A stretch of 64,000 nucleotides of DNA from Nitrososphaeria archaeon (GCA_963752255.1 CAVVXT010000005.1:1-64000), one strand, 5' to 3'. Counted from the stretch's first letter, positions 1-9,849 are shown. The notes: generated by a model not told the origin, from the sequence alone. Translations and numbers: made by a program.

Positions 1-126
1 GTATATTCTCTTAGGTTAATTTGCTAATGGTCTCCTTTTGTTGAATAAGGTCAAGACGGACTGTATTACAACGAATTAGGGAAGATTGTCTGTAACAAAA
101 CTTCTTTCATCATATCCTAATTGGAT

Positions 127-151
127 TGGACCAGACGGGATTCGAACCCAT
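127..151 (-). tRNA. tRNA 3'-end fragment (T-arm + 3' acceptor strand), putative att site; not a complete tRNA
   Basis: Reverse complement reads ATGGG-TTCGAAT-CCCGT-CTGGTCC-A: T-stem/T-loop, 7-nt acceptor strand and discriminator. No D-arm or anticodon arm upstream. Confidence 0.55.
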
Positions 152-402
152 TTGGGTATGAGCCTTATTTTATGGTACTACAATTGTTTCTCGAAAATCT
201 AAAATCAGTAAGTGCGATAACGAGTGACTTATCCTATCCAGCCACTACCAAGGCTGACGCAGTAGATGTGTTGGTTGTCTTCGAAGGTCGCGACAAGTGT
301 TACTTCATAGGTTCCTCCCAGCGATGATAGGCATCGCCTTATTCAACGGATTCACCTCATACAAATCGACGTAAACTGTAATATTTACCTCACTCATCTT
401 CT

Positions 403-1911
403 TCAAGATTCCCTTGCCATCCTTAATTTCCATGTAATCACTTCAAAACAATCTACTTTACAATGGGAGGTGATGGCCAAGACCCCCGTGCCATCCCAAA
501 CACTCAGAAAGAACAAATACCTCGTTCCTCCAAGCTGCGCCAAATGTGGGCTGTACAAGGTCGCACTCACTTCAACGAGGTATGTGCCCGAAGGAGCGTT
601 CTTGTCGACCGAGATTAGAAGCCGGGTGTTCGTCGATCCGTTTCCGGGAACGACCAGAGCCTGTGGTTCAAATTGAAGCGAGACTCCCTGAGGGACGCCG
701 ATTGAAGAAAGAGATTCGATCCCAGGCATGGGGTTCGTGAACGAAAGCGTGGCGTTGACGCTCTGGGCTAACGTGGAAGAGAAGTTCAATCGATGGATGC
801 AGTCGAGCCAGGCCCCACTACGACGACGTTCGGGACAGTCACGGGTAGTGAGCCGGGACTTCCGACGATTCCTCCGTCGATGTGGAAGATCTCCTGGGAG
901 ACTGTAAGGCTACTTGCACTAGAGTAATTGAGAGATCCCGTGACACCCTCAGTCTGCATGCTCGGGTAGAGAGCCTCGGCCCAGCCTGAGAGAAGTTTTC
1001 CGGTCTGAGTGTCCACAGCGAATGTCCCTTGGTAGCCATACTGCGGAGTCGGTGAAAACAGGCCGATTACCCAGCAGAGGTCGTAATGCCCGTTCAAGGA
1101 AGCATAAACGGGGTTCATGAAGGCCTCGTTGTCGGACGAGGGTCCGAAAAGTACGATTCGCGGCGCCATGAAGGTAATGGAGCCATCAGCGCTGAGCGCC
1201 TCGGGAATCCCGGAAAGGTTGCTGTTGCGTACGGCGCGTAGTGCCTCCGATGAGTTCACGTCCAGCTCGAACGTCCGAGTCTGGACATTAGGAGCTCGTT
1301 GGAGGAAACACCGCCGTTTGCTGGAGGGTTCGCCTGGAAGGCTAGGCGGTGCCATTTAGTGCGTCCAAGTTGACCTCCACTGATACTGCCCCGTTCCCCA
1401 CACTCCCCCACAGCCAGTAGCCATCATCGACCTGCGCGAAGAAGAGGAGCCACTCGGGGTGGAGGGACAGGGTACTGTTGACGACGACTCCGGGCTCGAA
1501 ATCGGCCTCCGCAAGGCTGTAGTTTGACGGGTTAAGGCCGGCCTTCTCAGCGGCTATGCCAACTGCCTGGTCAAGGGAAATCACATCGCCGCCAACCGAG
1601 CCGACCTGAAAGTTCACGTTCTCGGTCTGGTACTCCATCGTGTAGTTCGCTTTGCTTGGAAGGTAAGGAGAGTAGCTGGAGTACGTTAGCTCTGGATAAC
1701 CAAGATCTAAGTAAATCGTCGATACATTCAGGTAGGCTTGCCCGTTAGGATAGCTGGGTTGCGAGCTGCTTGATGAACTTTTTGAGATTGTACTACTGGT
1801 CTGAGTATGAGTTCCCGAGCCGCTCGAGTTGTAGGAAAAGATTACCACAGTTGTGCCCACGACAACAAGAACGACCACAAAGACGATGAGGATGTATTTC
1901 CTTCGTTGCAT
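403..1911 (-). CDS. Large membrane-anchored surface protein split over three ORFs (1342-1911, 786-1355, 403-789)
   Basis: N-terminal TM (KYILIVFVVVLVVVGTTVVIFSY), Ser/Thr linker, beta-rich body and Ig-like end (LLISVDKNAPSGTYLVEVSAT). The ORFs overlap at apparent frameshifts (e.g. ATC GAT TGA ACT vs TTG AAC TTC at ~789). Visibly more GC-rich than its flanks. Confidence 0.6.
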
Positions 1912-1931
1912 TGTTTCGACACTACTTTGGA

Positions 1932-2645
1932 TCAGCCTGTGCGGATTGTTATGAAATATGTTCCTTGCGGTAGTGGAGAGCTGAAGGTAATAGTTATATT
2001 CTGAAACGCCCCTGCCGCTATTGTAATGGGCAGGCTTGGGGTTGTTCTTCCGCCATTAACTTTCGACAATGACGTCCCGTTTATCCAAATGTCTTGTACA
2101 GTCTGCTCCAAGCTGCCTACGTTCCGGACATAAAATTGAACCTGAGTTGGGCTAACAGCAGTTACATTCATTATCTCAAGCCTTTCTATGCTGGTTACTG
2201 TAGCGGTTGTTGTCACAGTTGTCATTTGGCCTTGTGTCTCAGTTGTTGTTACAGTCGCAGTCGCAGTGCCAACTTGTTCTGTCACAGTAACAGTTACAAT
2301 AGGTCCAGTCTGTGTAGTCGTAGGACCAGTTGTAGAAATTGAGGTTGTAGTTGTAATAGGTGTTTTAGAAGTCGTACCAGACGAAGTTGACGATGTCGTA
2401 CTAAACGAAGTTAACGAAGTAGTAGTTGTACTACTGATAGTTCCTGTAGCTGTTGTTGTAGCTGTGCTTGTAGCTGTAGTGGTGGGAGCCGTATGTGTAG
2501 TTGTAGTTGTGGAACCGGGAATTGTTGTGGTAGTCGTCTGCGTTGGCTGCGGTGGAAGAAGGTAGATTGCTCCACCTGCCAGAACTAACGCTATTACAGC
2601 AGCTACGAAAACTCCTACAACTATCTGCCTCTTATACTCTGACAT
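1932..2645 (-). CDS. Thr-rich stalked surface protein with C-terminal pilin-like/Ig-like domain (type A, copy 1)
   Basis: MSEYKRQ, single TM, long Thr/Ser tract, then a domain with VRNVGS...IWING...LPITIAAG...TYFITI. Start taken at the MSEY ATG by analogy with 22228; the ORF track starts at 2666. Confidence 0.8.
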   Translation of the reverse strand: MSEYKRQIVVGVFVAAVIALVLAGGAIYLLPPQPTQTTTTTIPGSTTTTTHTAPTTTATSTATTTATGTISSTTTTSLTSFSTTSSTSSGTTSKTPITTTTSISTTGPTTTQTGPIVTVTVTEQVGTATATVTTTETQGQMTTVTTTATVTSIERLEIMNVTAVSPTQVQFYVRNVGSLEQTVQDIWINGTSLSKVNGGRTTPSLPITIAAGAFQNITITFSSPLPQGTYFITIRTG

Positions 2646-2749
2646 TGTGCTCATCAGCCAGTACACATGAACCTGGATATAGCGCTATTAATAGAAAGAC
2701 TGGAAAGCGCTGTTTTCTAATTTTAGAAGGTGTTCTTCTAATTTTAGAA
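2366..2749 (-). repeat. 384-bp inverted repeat, left copy (promoter + 5' part of type A gene)
   Basis: Reverse complement matches 6199-6582 at both ends and in the interior stretches compared; the translations are identical to ...SSGTTS. Confidence 0.95.
2715..2749. promoter_or_regulatory. Tandem pseudo-palindromic operator TTCTAA-N2-TTAGAA x2
   Basis: TTCTAATTTTAGAA at 2715-2728 and 2736-2749 (21-bp spacing), between divergent genes and 48 bp before the wHTH regulator start. Confidence 0.75.
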
Positions 2750-2796
2750 TTTAGTAAGGCTTAATACGTTATCGTTTATCGCTAAATTGAAGACCG

Positions 2797-3219
2797 TTGG
2801 GTGCGAAGGAAGAGGATGAAGCAAAACTTTTGAGGGGTACAACTCTTAGAGTTTACCGTTTCATATTTAAGGAGGGAAGGCCTGTTGGGATTAGTGGCGT
2901 GCAGGAGGGTCTTGGCTTCAGCTCCTCGTCCGTCGCATCATACCACGTCAGCAAGCTTCTCGAGGCCGGGCTCATCAGGGAGCAGGACAAGGGCTACGTG
3001 GTGGATAAGGTTGTTTTCGAGAACATGGTCAGGGTGAGGAGGATGCTCATACCCTTCCAGACAGCGTACATGGCGTTCTTCGCTGTAGCATTCCTGATTC
3101 TGTTGACCTATCTGAGGCCGTCTCAGATAACGTCCACGTATGGTTTCGCTTTGGTGGTGTGCTTGGTGGGGGTTGTAACATCCCTGTATGAAGTGATTAG
3201 AGCATTAAAGAAGGTGTAA
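2797..3219 (+). CDS. Winged-helix transcriptional regulator with two C-terminal TM helices (membrane-tethered)
   Basis: LRGTTLRVYRFI...VQEGLGFSSSSVASYHVSKLLEAGLI (ArsR/LexA-like wHTH) followed by two hydrophobic segments. Confidence 0.85.
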   Translation: MGAKEEDEAKLLRGTTLRVYRFIFKEGRPVGISGVQEGLGFSSSSVASYHVSKLLEAGLIREQDKGYVVDKVVFENMVRVRRMLIPFQTAYMAFFAVAFLILLTYLRPSQITSTYGFALVVCLVGVVTSLYEVIRALKKV

Positions 3220-3223
3220 GATA

Positions 3224-3700
3224 ATGTCATCAATAAAGGCAAGAAACGTGTTATTGATAACGTTTGTAATGTTGACGATAATATTCGGTTCACTGTTTGC
3301 CTTCGAATTTGTCCAAATAAACAATTTGGAGAAGGAAGTGAACGAGTTAAAGGGCTCCAACTCTACCACTGTTCAAGAGGAGGGCCTGATCTACTTCTAC
3401 AAGATGGGCGATTTCTCTTACAAAATGGTGAGCGAGATGAAGGAGGATGAATCCATCACATTCAAAGGCGTCACGTTCACCAACCTCCCCCTTAACAAGA
3501 CCTACACCGGATGTGTCGTCCAATTCTTCAAGTTCTCCTTCCAAGACGGTTCCTCCGAGGTTGCGCAGATAACACTGTGCCCTTCGGCTTTCGAGCCAGG
3601 TATGTACTTCACAAACCATACGAGTCCAAGGGCAGGACTGATTTATTCGCTTGGTGGTTCACCCATTGCCAGAGGAATCTACCTCCTAGTCCGAGACTAA
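3224..3700 (+). CDS. Membrane-anchored hypothetical protein
   Basis: N-terminal TM, short coiled coil and beta-rich domain with two Cys; starts 4 bp after the regulator stop. Confidence 0.75.
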   Translation: MSSIKARNVLLITFVMLTIIFGSLFAFEFVQINNLEKEVNELKGSNSTTVQEEGLIYFYKMGDFSYKMVSEMKEDESITFKGVTFTNLPLNKTYTGCVVQFFKFSFQDGSSEVAQITLCPSAFEPGMYFTNHTSPRAGLIYSLGGSPIARGIYLLVRD

Positions 3701-3941
3701 AGTTATTTACCTCCATATAGGATGATTATAGGATGCGGCGTCCGAGATTTGTCTCCGAACGGGTATGCGACTTAAATTATAACTAAAAATAGCGCCAAGG
3801 GCCATGTATTGACACAAATATTTTGGCTCAAACATAAAAACGTAATTGGTTGAATATTCTTTTTCTATCATTTCAGGGATCATATAAGAATTTGATTGAA
3901 AGTAGTAGCTAAGGTTTATATTACTCCCTTTTTTCATAATA

Positions 3942-5108
3942 ATGTTGTTGAAGCCTACTAGATACCTTCTTTTAGTGTTTGCTTTAGTGGTGTTGATTGT
4001 AGGCGCCTCGTTAGCGTTCTACTATTGGAATCCAGCTAAAAGTGAACACGCTCCACTCTTTTGGAAGTACAAGACCGAAGGCTACGTCTTCTCCTCTCCA
4101 ACCGTATACGAGAACAAGGTTTACGTTGGCTCCGTTGATAAAGAATTCTACGCGTTAAACGCCAGCAATGGTGAACTGATATGGAAATATAAGACAGGTA
4201 GTGGAATAGTTTCGTCTCCCTGCATCTGGGATGGTAAGGTGTACTTTGGCTCCCTCGACTGTTACCTTTACGCTTTAGACGCGGACACAGGCACGTTAGT
4301 ACGGAAATTCGAGACAAACGGATACATCGAGTCATCTCCCACCGTCTATCAGGGAACGGTCTACTTTGGCTCAGACGACAACAACGCGTACGCCCTAAAT
4401 GCTACGACGGGGGTTTTGAAGTGGACTTTTTCAGCAACAAACCCTCTGTCGCCGTCCAGCGTTTCATATGTAACGGGGTCTCCTTCCGTCTACGATGGAA
4501 TAGTTTACATCGGTTCGAGATATTATGGATATGTTCCCGTTAACGACACTCACGTGGAAGAGGTTGGCGGATGTTTCTACGCCCTAAACGCTGCAACTGG
4601 TGGAATGATATGGCGTTTTGATACAGGAGGAGAAGTTGATTCAATCCATCCTCAAGTCTACAACGGAGTAGTCTACTTCGGCTCATTCGACCACAACGTG
4701 TACGCTCTCGATGCTAAAACTGGTCAGAAAGTCTGGAGTTTCGCCACAAACGGCAGTGTGACCGTCAGTGCACCACGCGTATATGAGGGCTTGGTGTACT
4801 TTGGTTCAGTGGACTCCAACGTGTACGCTTTGGATGCGAAAACAGGTAGAAGGGTCTGGAGTTTCGAGACAGCTGGCTCCATAGAGTCGCTTCCCTTCAT
4901 CGACCACGGTGTACTGTACATAGGTTCCGCTATTGTTCATGAGGAACATCACAGTGGCAGCGTTTATGCTTTAGACATAAAGACTGGGCAAAAGCTCTGG
5001 AACTATACTACAGGAGACTTCGTCAGCTCTGGCCCATACTTCTACAATAGTGTAGTCTATGTTGGATGCATTGATGGTTACGTGTACGCCTTGAAGGTAC
5101 AGCAATAG
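3942..5108 (+). CDS. PQQ-like (BamB-type) beta-propeller repeat protein, membrane anchored
   Basis: Repeated SSPxVYxGxVYFGSxDxxxYALDAxTGxxxWxFxT blades; N-terminal TM. Confidence 0.92.
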   Translation: MLLKPTRYLLLVFALVVLIVGASLAFYYWNPAKSEHAPLFWKYKTEGYVFSSPTVYENKVYVGSVDKEFYALNASNGELIWKYKTGSGIVSSPCIWDGKVYFGSLDCYLYALDADTGTLVRKFETNGYIESSPTVYQGTVYFGSDDNNAYALNATTGVLKWTFSATNPLSPSSVSYVTGSPSVYDGIVYIGSRYYGYVPVNDTHVEEVGGCFYALNAATGGMIWRFDTGGEVDSIHPQVYNGVVYFGSFDHNVYALDAKTGQKVWSFATNGSVTVSAPRVYEGLVYFGSVDSNVYALDAKTGRRVWSFETAGSIESLPFIDHGVLYIGSAIVHEEHHSGSVYALDIKTGQKLWNYTTGDFVSSGPYFYNSVVYVGCIDGYVYALKVQQ

Positions 5109-5227
5109 AAAGAATAACACTCACTCTTAACAATATGGAAAGTGTTAACATTATATAAAACGTTTTTATTTTGCAATGGTTAAGCGTTGTATAATTTAGT
5201 TATTTAGAATTGTTTTCAATTCTGTTC

Positions 5228-5241
5228 TTCTAAAATTAGAA
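5228..5241. promoter_or_regulatory. TTCTAAAATTAGAA operator copy
   Basis: Exact motif. Context TTCAATTCT[G/A]TTCTTCTAAAATTAGAA is shared with 6186-6212. A degenerate second copy lies at 5280-5293. Confidence 0.7.
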
Positions 5242-5297
5242 AACTGCTTAAAGAATTACTTTATTTAACGGGATTTATATTCTAATTATAGCAATAT

Positions 5298-5858
5298 ATG
5301 CTAAACAGCGTATTAGTACTGCTGATGAGCATAATCTCGGAATATAAGAGAAATATGATTAAAGGAAGAAAGAACATGGCGTACTCAAAAAATGCAATAA
5401 TTCTCGCAGTTGTAATAGTATTGGCAGTTATTGTGATAGCAACCGTAATGGTTCTACCCAACGTTTACGGTTCAACGCCGACCACTTCATCCACAAATAC
5501 AACAACCACCTCTACAACTACATCTACTACATCAACCTCCCCCAGTTATAATGAAATGTTCTTCTATCAGACCATGCCTCAGAAATTCAATGTCGACGGA
5601 TACACGTTCTTCATGGTTTATAACGGAACTGCTTATGGCTCAGTGGTTAATGGTACGATGACTGTGAATCTTGGATTCAGCTTGGTCTTCGATGTCTCTA
5701 ATGGAAGTGTGAATGAGACAATCGTATTCGGATGGGCTAGTCAACCCTTGCCTAACGAAGTTCCAGTCCCCAACTATGCGAGTTTGTTCAATGGTAAAGT
5801 AACGTTGAAATGGTTCTCTAACAGCACCGGATTGTACATGCAAATATTAGCTTACTAG
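5298..5858 (+). CDS. Membrane-anchored Thr-rich surface protein (type B N-terminus, unique C-terminal domain)
   Basis: TM AIILAVVIVLAVIVIATVMVLPNV plus Thr linker, homologous to 8355-8993. The true start may be at 5325 or 5376. Confidence 0.75.
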   Translation: MLNSVLVLLMSIISEYKRNMIKGRKNMAYSKNAIILAVVIVLAVIVIATVMVLPNVYGSTPTTSSTNTTTTSTTTSTTSTSPSYNEMFFYQTMPQKFNVDGYTFFMVYNGTAYGSVVNGTMTVNLGFSLVFDVSNGSVNETIVFGWASQPLPNEVPVPNYASLFNGKVTLKWFSNSTGLYMQILAY

Positions 5859-5903
5859 TTAACAACATGGAACGTTCCATGAAAACTTACCAGCCGATAA
5901 ACT

Positions 5904-5974
5904 ACCTTACGATAAAGACAATGGCCAACGTAGTCGCTACACCATAAGACTTTTCTTGCTCCTCCTAAAGATGA
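5904..5974 (+). repeat. Relic direct repeat of the 3' end and downstream region of gene 8355-8993
   Basis: Ungapped match to 8950-9020, 61/71 identical by manual count; encodes LTIKTMANVVATP* vs LTIKTTVNVVGTQ*. Confidence 0.85.
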
Positions 5975-6198
5975 GTCTTGCCTCTTGTTTTTATTCTTCA
6001 TTTTAGAGATTGCGGATTCTAGGAGTAGACATGTTTGGAGATCTAGGCGACAAAAAAGGTATTTCTGAAGTAGTTTAAGCACACTAATGAGACGTTATTA
6101 AAATATATCATCTAAGCAATGCGTTTACCAATTTATTTTACTAAAAATCAATTGAAGAATCTTTATTTCAGAAGTTGGAACCTTGTTCAATTCTATTC

Positions 6199-6233
6199 TT
6201 CTAAAATTAGAAGAACACCTTCTAAAATTAGAA
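6199..6233. promoter_or_regulatory. Tandem operator TTCTAAAATTAGAA x2
   Basis: Copies at 6199-6212 and 6220-6233, upstream of a TATA-like TATTAATA (~6255). Confidence 0.75.
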
Positions 6234-6582
6234 AACAGCGCTTTCCAGTCTTTCTATTAATAGCGCTATATCCAGGTTCATGTGTACTGGCTGATGAGCA
6301 CAATGTCAGAGTATAAGAGGCAGATAGTTGTAGGAGTTTTCGTAGCTGCTGTAATAGCGTTAGTTCTGGCAGGTGGAGCAATCTACCTTCTTCCACCGCA
6401 GCCAACGCAGACGACTACCACAACAATTCCCGGTTCCACAACTACAACTACACATACGGCTCCCACCACTACAGCTACAAGCACAGCTACAACAACAGCT
6501 ACAGGAACTATCAGTAGTACAACTACTACTTCGTTAACTTCGTTTAGTACGACATCGTCAACTTCGTCTGGTACGACTTCTA
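6199..6582 (+). repeat. 384-bp inverted repeat, right copy
   Basis: Matches the reverse complement of 2366-2749; begins exactly at the first operator palindrome. Confidence 0.95.
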
Positions 6583-7037
6583 CTTCATATATTACAACTA
6601 TTGGTACGACTACACCTATTACAGTTACAACTATTACATCTACTGCAACTGGTTCTCCCACTATAACGTCCGGACCTACTGTAACTGTTACTGTGACACA
6701 ACAGGTTGGTACTGCGACCGTGACCGTAACGCAACTTCTAACGGCAACCGTTACTTCGACCACTACAGTAACCAGTGCAGGTGAGCTTGAAATAGCAAAC
6801 ACTTACGTAAACGGTACGAACCAGGTGTTAGTTATCGTCAAGAACATCGGTAGCACGGATCAGAGTATTACAGGCATACTCATAAATGGGGAACCCCTAT
6901 CAAGCGTAAACGGGGGCGCTTCAAACCCAATCCTACCCATCAAAGTAACAGCGGGTACATCTCAAACCATCAATCTAACCTTCAGTTCTCCACTATCATC
7001 AAACACAATATATTTCGTAACAATTCAAACCAGCTGA
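6303..7037 (+). CDS. Thr-rich stalked surface protein with pilin-like/Ig-like domain (type A, copy 2)
   Basis: N-terminus identical to 1932-2645; diverged distal linker and head domain (VKNIGS...ILINGEPLSSVNGG...LPIKV). Confidence 0.8.
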   Translation: MSEYKRQIVVGVFVAAVIALVLAGGAIYLLPPQPTQTTTTTIPGSTTTTTHTAPTTTATSTATTTATGTISSTTTTSLTSFSTTSSTSSGTTSTSYITTIGTTTPITVTTITSTATGSPTITSGPTVTVTVTQQVGTATVTVTQLLTATVTSTTTVTSAGELEIANTYVNGTNQVLVIVKNIGSTDQSITGILINGEPLSSVNGGASNPILPIKVTAGTSQTINLTFSSPLSSNTIYFVTIQTS

Positions 7038-7065
7038 TCTAAAGGAGCAGTGATACGATCAAACA

Positions 7066-7270
7066 ATCGGTCGATAAAAGCTCCCTTAAGATAGCTTTTA
7101 TCGCCTTCATAGTTACGGCTGTAGTTGTTGGAAGCATCGTCTACTCTAACCCAACATCATTCAGAAGTTCACCCAGACTCCTGAACATTCATCAAAGTAC
7201 GCGACATGCCGTTGGCTACTTTCTTGGAAATGATCAGAAATACATAAGCGGAGAGGTACTTTCCCAATGA
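7066..7270 (+). pseudogene. Relic or short membrane-anchored ORF lacking an intact start
   Basis: Frame reads VDKSSLKIAFIAFIVTAVVVGSIVYSNPTS...; AAACAATCGGTC would give AAACA-ATG-GTC if one base were removed, matching the AAACA-ATG context of the 1911 gene. Confidence 0.4.
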
Positions 7271-8382
7271 AGAAAGAAAATGCTGGTTTCTACCAGATAG
7301 CCTTTGCTGCAACAGCCTTCTTCTTTATCGCATTCTGGATTCATTATCCAGGCCTTATGCCAAACACCTACTCAGATCTGGTTGATACAATTTGGACAGA
7401 TAGAGTTCCCAGAAGTGGCGGTATGGTCCCCTACGTGGACTACAACTTAGAGTATCCAGCTCTTTCGGGAATAGTAGTCTACGTCTCATCTATATTTAAT
7501 GACATGCACTTGTACTATAGCATTTTAAGTCTGGTGTCGTACGGATGTATGCTCACAAGTTTATATATAGTGTATAGAATGCTTGGCCCATCAGGACAGT
7601 GGGACCGCAAGATAACCTATTTCATAGTCTTTACGCCAACTTTCCTCTATTTTTCAACTTATAGCTTTGACTGGCTCGGCGTAGCACTACTTCTTCTTTC
7701 AATATGGTACGCAGACAAGAAGAAGCCGTCTCTTTCAGGACTTTTCATGGGCCTCAGTGTTGCGGCCAGGATCATACCCATAGTCTGCCTTCCGTTTATA
7801 CTCAGGGAATTTTCAACCAGCAAAAAGAAGGTGGTTGTCTTAGTAGCAGCAGCCTCTGCTTGGCTTGCATGTAACATATATTTTATTGTAGCAAACTTCA
7901 GCGGATTTCTTTATCCATACCTGTATCAGGCTACATATTTTGCGGATGAGGACAGCTGGCTCAACATGTTTCCGCTGGGACTAAGCAAGTCTATATCAAT
8001 TACGCTTTTAATCTGTGCTCTAGGTTTTATCTTGGTCTGGAAAAGGCGTAGGTTTAACCTGTTTGAGGCATCCTTTCTTGCCTTGCTAGGTTTTGTCTTA
8101 GTTAGCTACAAGTTTCCACCACAGTACATGATACTACTACTTCCATTATTTGCTCTCAATAGGACAAATTACATTCTTTTTACGGCTGCAAACTTATTGA
8201 ATGTCATGATAATCCTGTGGTGGTTCACTCCCTCGTTTAACTTTGGGAACCCTATGCTAGTAACTAGCCCTGTTCAATGGCTGGCTATAGCACGTCAGGT
8301 TATTCTTTTACCAATCTTCATAAACTTTTTCAGGTCAAATTATAGGCAAAGGGCTTGCACAAGTGCCACTTCGCCTATATGA
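7267..8382 (+). CDS. GT-C fold polytopic glycosyltransferase (GT87/DUF2029-like)
   Basis: YSDL...PYVDYNLEYPALSG motif, SFDW, PQY motif and about 10 TM helices. Confidence 0.75.
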   Translation: MKKENAGFYQIAFAATAFFFIAFWIHYPGLMPNTYSDLVDTIWTDRVPRSGGMVPYVDYNLEYPALSGIVVYVSSIFNDMHLYYSILSLVSYGCMLTSLYIVYRMLGPSGQWDRKITYFIVFTPTFLYFSTYSFDWLGVALLLLSIWYADKKKPSLSGLFMGLSVAARIIPIVCLPFILREFSTSKKKVVVLVAAASAWLACNIYFIVANFSGFLYPYLYQATYFADEDSWLNMFPLGLSKSISITLLICALGFILVWKRRRFNLFEASFLALLGFVLVSYKFPPQYMILLLPLFALNRTNYILFTAANLLNVMIILWWFTPSFNFGNPMLVTSPVQWLAIARQVILLPIFINFFRSNYRQRACTSATSPI

Positions 8383-8993
8383 GCCTAGGTAGTGGTGATG
8401 CTGTGAGCTCAGCAGGTTTCAAGGCAAAGAATATTGAAGGCTCTTACACTACAATAATCCTTGCTGCAATAATAACTCTGGTAGTTATAGCGATGGCTAC
8501 CTTGTTAGTTTTGCCGAACATTGCAGGTACCACTCCAACAGCTACTTCAACAACTTCAACTTCTTCACCCACGACTACTTCGACAACCACTACAACTTCG
8601 CCACCCACCGAGTTCAAAGGTCCAACGCTGACCAATGAAACTTCTGTGCTGAAACTGGAGGCTACCCTTTCGGTTACTTCTGTGAATCCTAACGACTATA
8701 TTTGGGTACGCTTCAATCTAACAGGGGCAGAGACCGTTAACGCCTCACAAGTAGAGTTAGACGTATTTAATTACCAAAACCAGCAGGTTTGGGGGTTAGC
8801 GTATCAGCTTGGGCACTCTACTCAAACGCCTCTGCCTGGTCCTCAGGGACAGACAGGTACCCTCTTCTGGCAGGCAGTAACAGACTCATATTTTAAAGTA
8901 AACGTAACACCAGGAACATACACGTTAATAATCGGGGTAACAAACGAAAACCTTACGATAAAGACAACGGTCAACGTAGTCGGTACACAATAA
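8355..8993 (+). CDS. Membrane-anchored Thr-rich surface protein with Ig-like C-terminal domain (type B)
   Basis: TM, Thr tract and beta-sandwich ending VTPGTYTLIIGV...TVNVV. The start is probably slightly downstream (8379 or later). Confidence 0.75.
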   Translation: MHKCHFAYMSLGSGDAVSSAGFKAKNIEGSYTTIILAAIITLVVIAMATLLVLPNIAGTTPTATSTTSTSSPTTTSTTTTTSPPTEFKGPTLTNETSVLKLEATLSVTSVNPNDYIWVRFNLTGAETVNASQVELDVFNYQNQQVWGLAYQLGHSTQTPLPGPQGQTGTLFWQAVTDSYFKVNVTPGTYTLIIGVTNENLTIKTTVNVVGTQ

Positions 8994-9161
8994 GACCTAT
9001 CTTGCCTCTTCCAAAGATGAACTCCCTATTTTTTGCTCTCTCAACAAGAGTACGTATATGTTGTCTTTTTTGATCAGAAGGAATTTCCCCAGATTAAGCC
9101 AGTCAAGTATGTCTACTAAAGAAACAGAACCCCTCAACCTAATTTGTTTTTTTCTATTTGG

Positions 9162-9389
9162 TCATTCTCTATCTCTAGCAAATAGCCATAGAATATGCAG
9201 AACTGCTCCCAATCCGATCAGCAAGAAACCAATGTCAGATGCTGATTGTGATATGCCAACATCCATTAATTTTGAGCAAAGAGACGTAAAGAGGAATAGC
9301 ACACCAGCAGCTGCCATTAGTATTGTTGCTGGATTAGAGACTATGAATTCAAATATTTCTTCCATTCTCTTCACACCCATTAATAACAT
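9162..9389 (-). CDS. Small 2-TM membrane protein
   Basis: Two hydrophobic segments in 75 aa. Confidence 0.5.
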   Translation of the reverse strand: MLLMGVKRMEEIFEFIVSNPATILMAAAGVLFLFTSLCSKLMDVGISQSASDIGFLLIGLGAVLHILWLFARDRE

Positions 9390-9559
9390 GTTGTAGAAAA
9401 TATAGCCCTAACATCAAGTGGCACCTCCACTAAAGATTAGAGCTTCTCATTTCATCTTTTGAAGGTAACGATGGAAAAAATTTGGAGATCACCCTGTAAA
9501 GGCCAATACCAAAACCGATAAGTAATATAGAAGAGGCATATATCCAATAAATACGGCGC

Positions 9560-9820
9560 ATGATCATGATCAAGAAATTATTCTTAATTGCAGCTGTCTG
9601 TGGGGTAATAATCACTTTACTCACGAGTCTAGTTAACACTACGCCGCAGGGTATTGTGGGAGCGTCTTGGCATGGCTGGCCTCTCCCTTGGCTGTATGTG
9701 ATAGTTTACCCTGGCTCACCCTTCAGCGTTGGCTGGCTTAATCTTACTGCCGACTTAATTCTATGGATTGCTGTTATAACGTTAGCCGTGTACGTCGGAT
9801 CGCGTATTGTCGAGGTATAG
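9560..9820 (+). CDS. Small membrane protein (GWPLPW motif)
   Basis: TM - HGWPLPWL loop - TM pattern. Confidence 0.65.
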   Translation: MIMIKKLFLIAAVCGVIITLLTSLVNTTPQGIVGASWHGWPLPWLYVIVYPGSPFSVGWLNLTADLILWIAVITLAVYVGSRIVEV

Positions 9821-9849
9821 TAAAGGGTGTAATCATCGTTGGCCACCCA

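Noticed and set aside
2188-2565. Val-rich ORFs antisense to Thr-rich genes (also 6383-6802, 8444-8635, 22308-22586)
   Set aside because: They are shadows of ACN-codon tracts on the opposite strand.
7072-7103. 11-bp perfect hairpin CGATAAAAGCT-N10-AGCTTTTATCG after type A copy 2
   Set aside because: No U-tract, not present after the other two paralogs, and it lies within a relic ORF; cannot be called a terminator or recombination site.
1932-8993. Diversity-generating retroelement or shufflon explanation for the paralog variation
   Set aside because: No reverse transcriptase is present, mismatches in the 71-bp repeat are not adenine-specific, and there are no repeated short crossover sites or intact adjacent recombinase.
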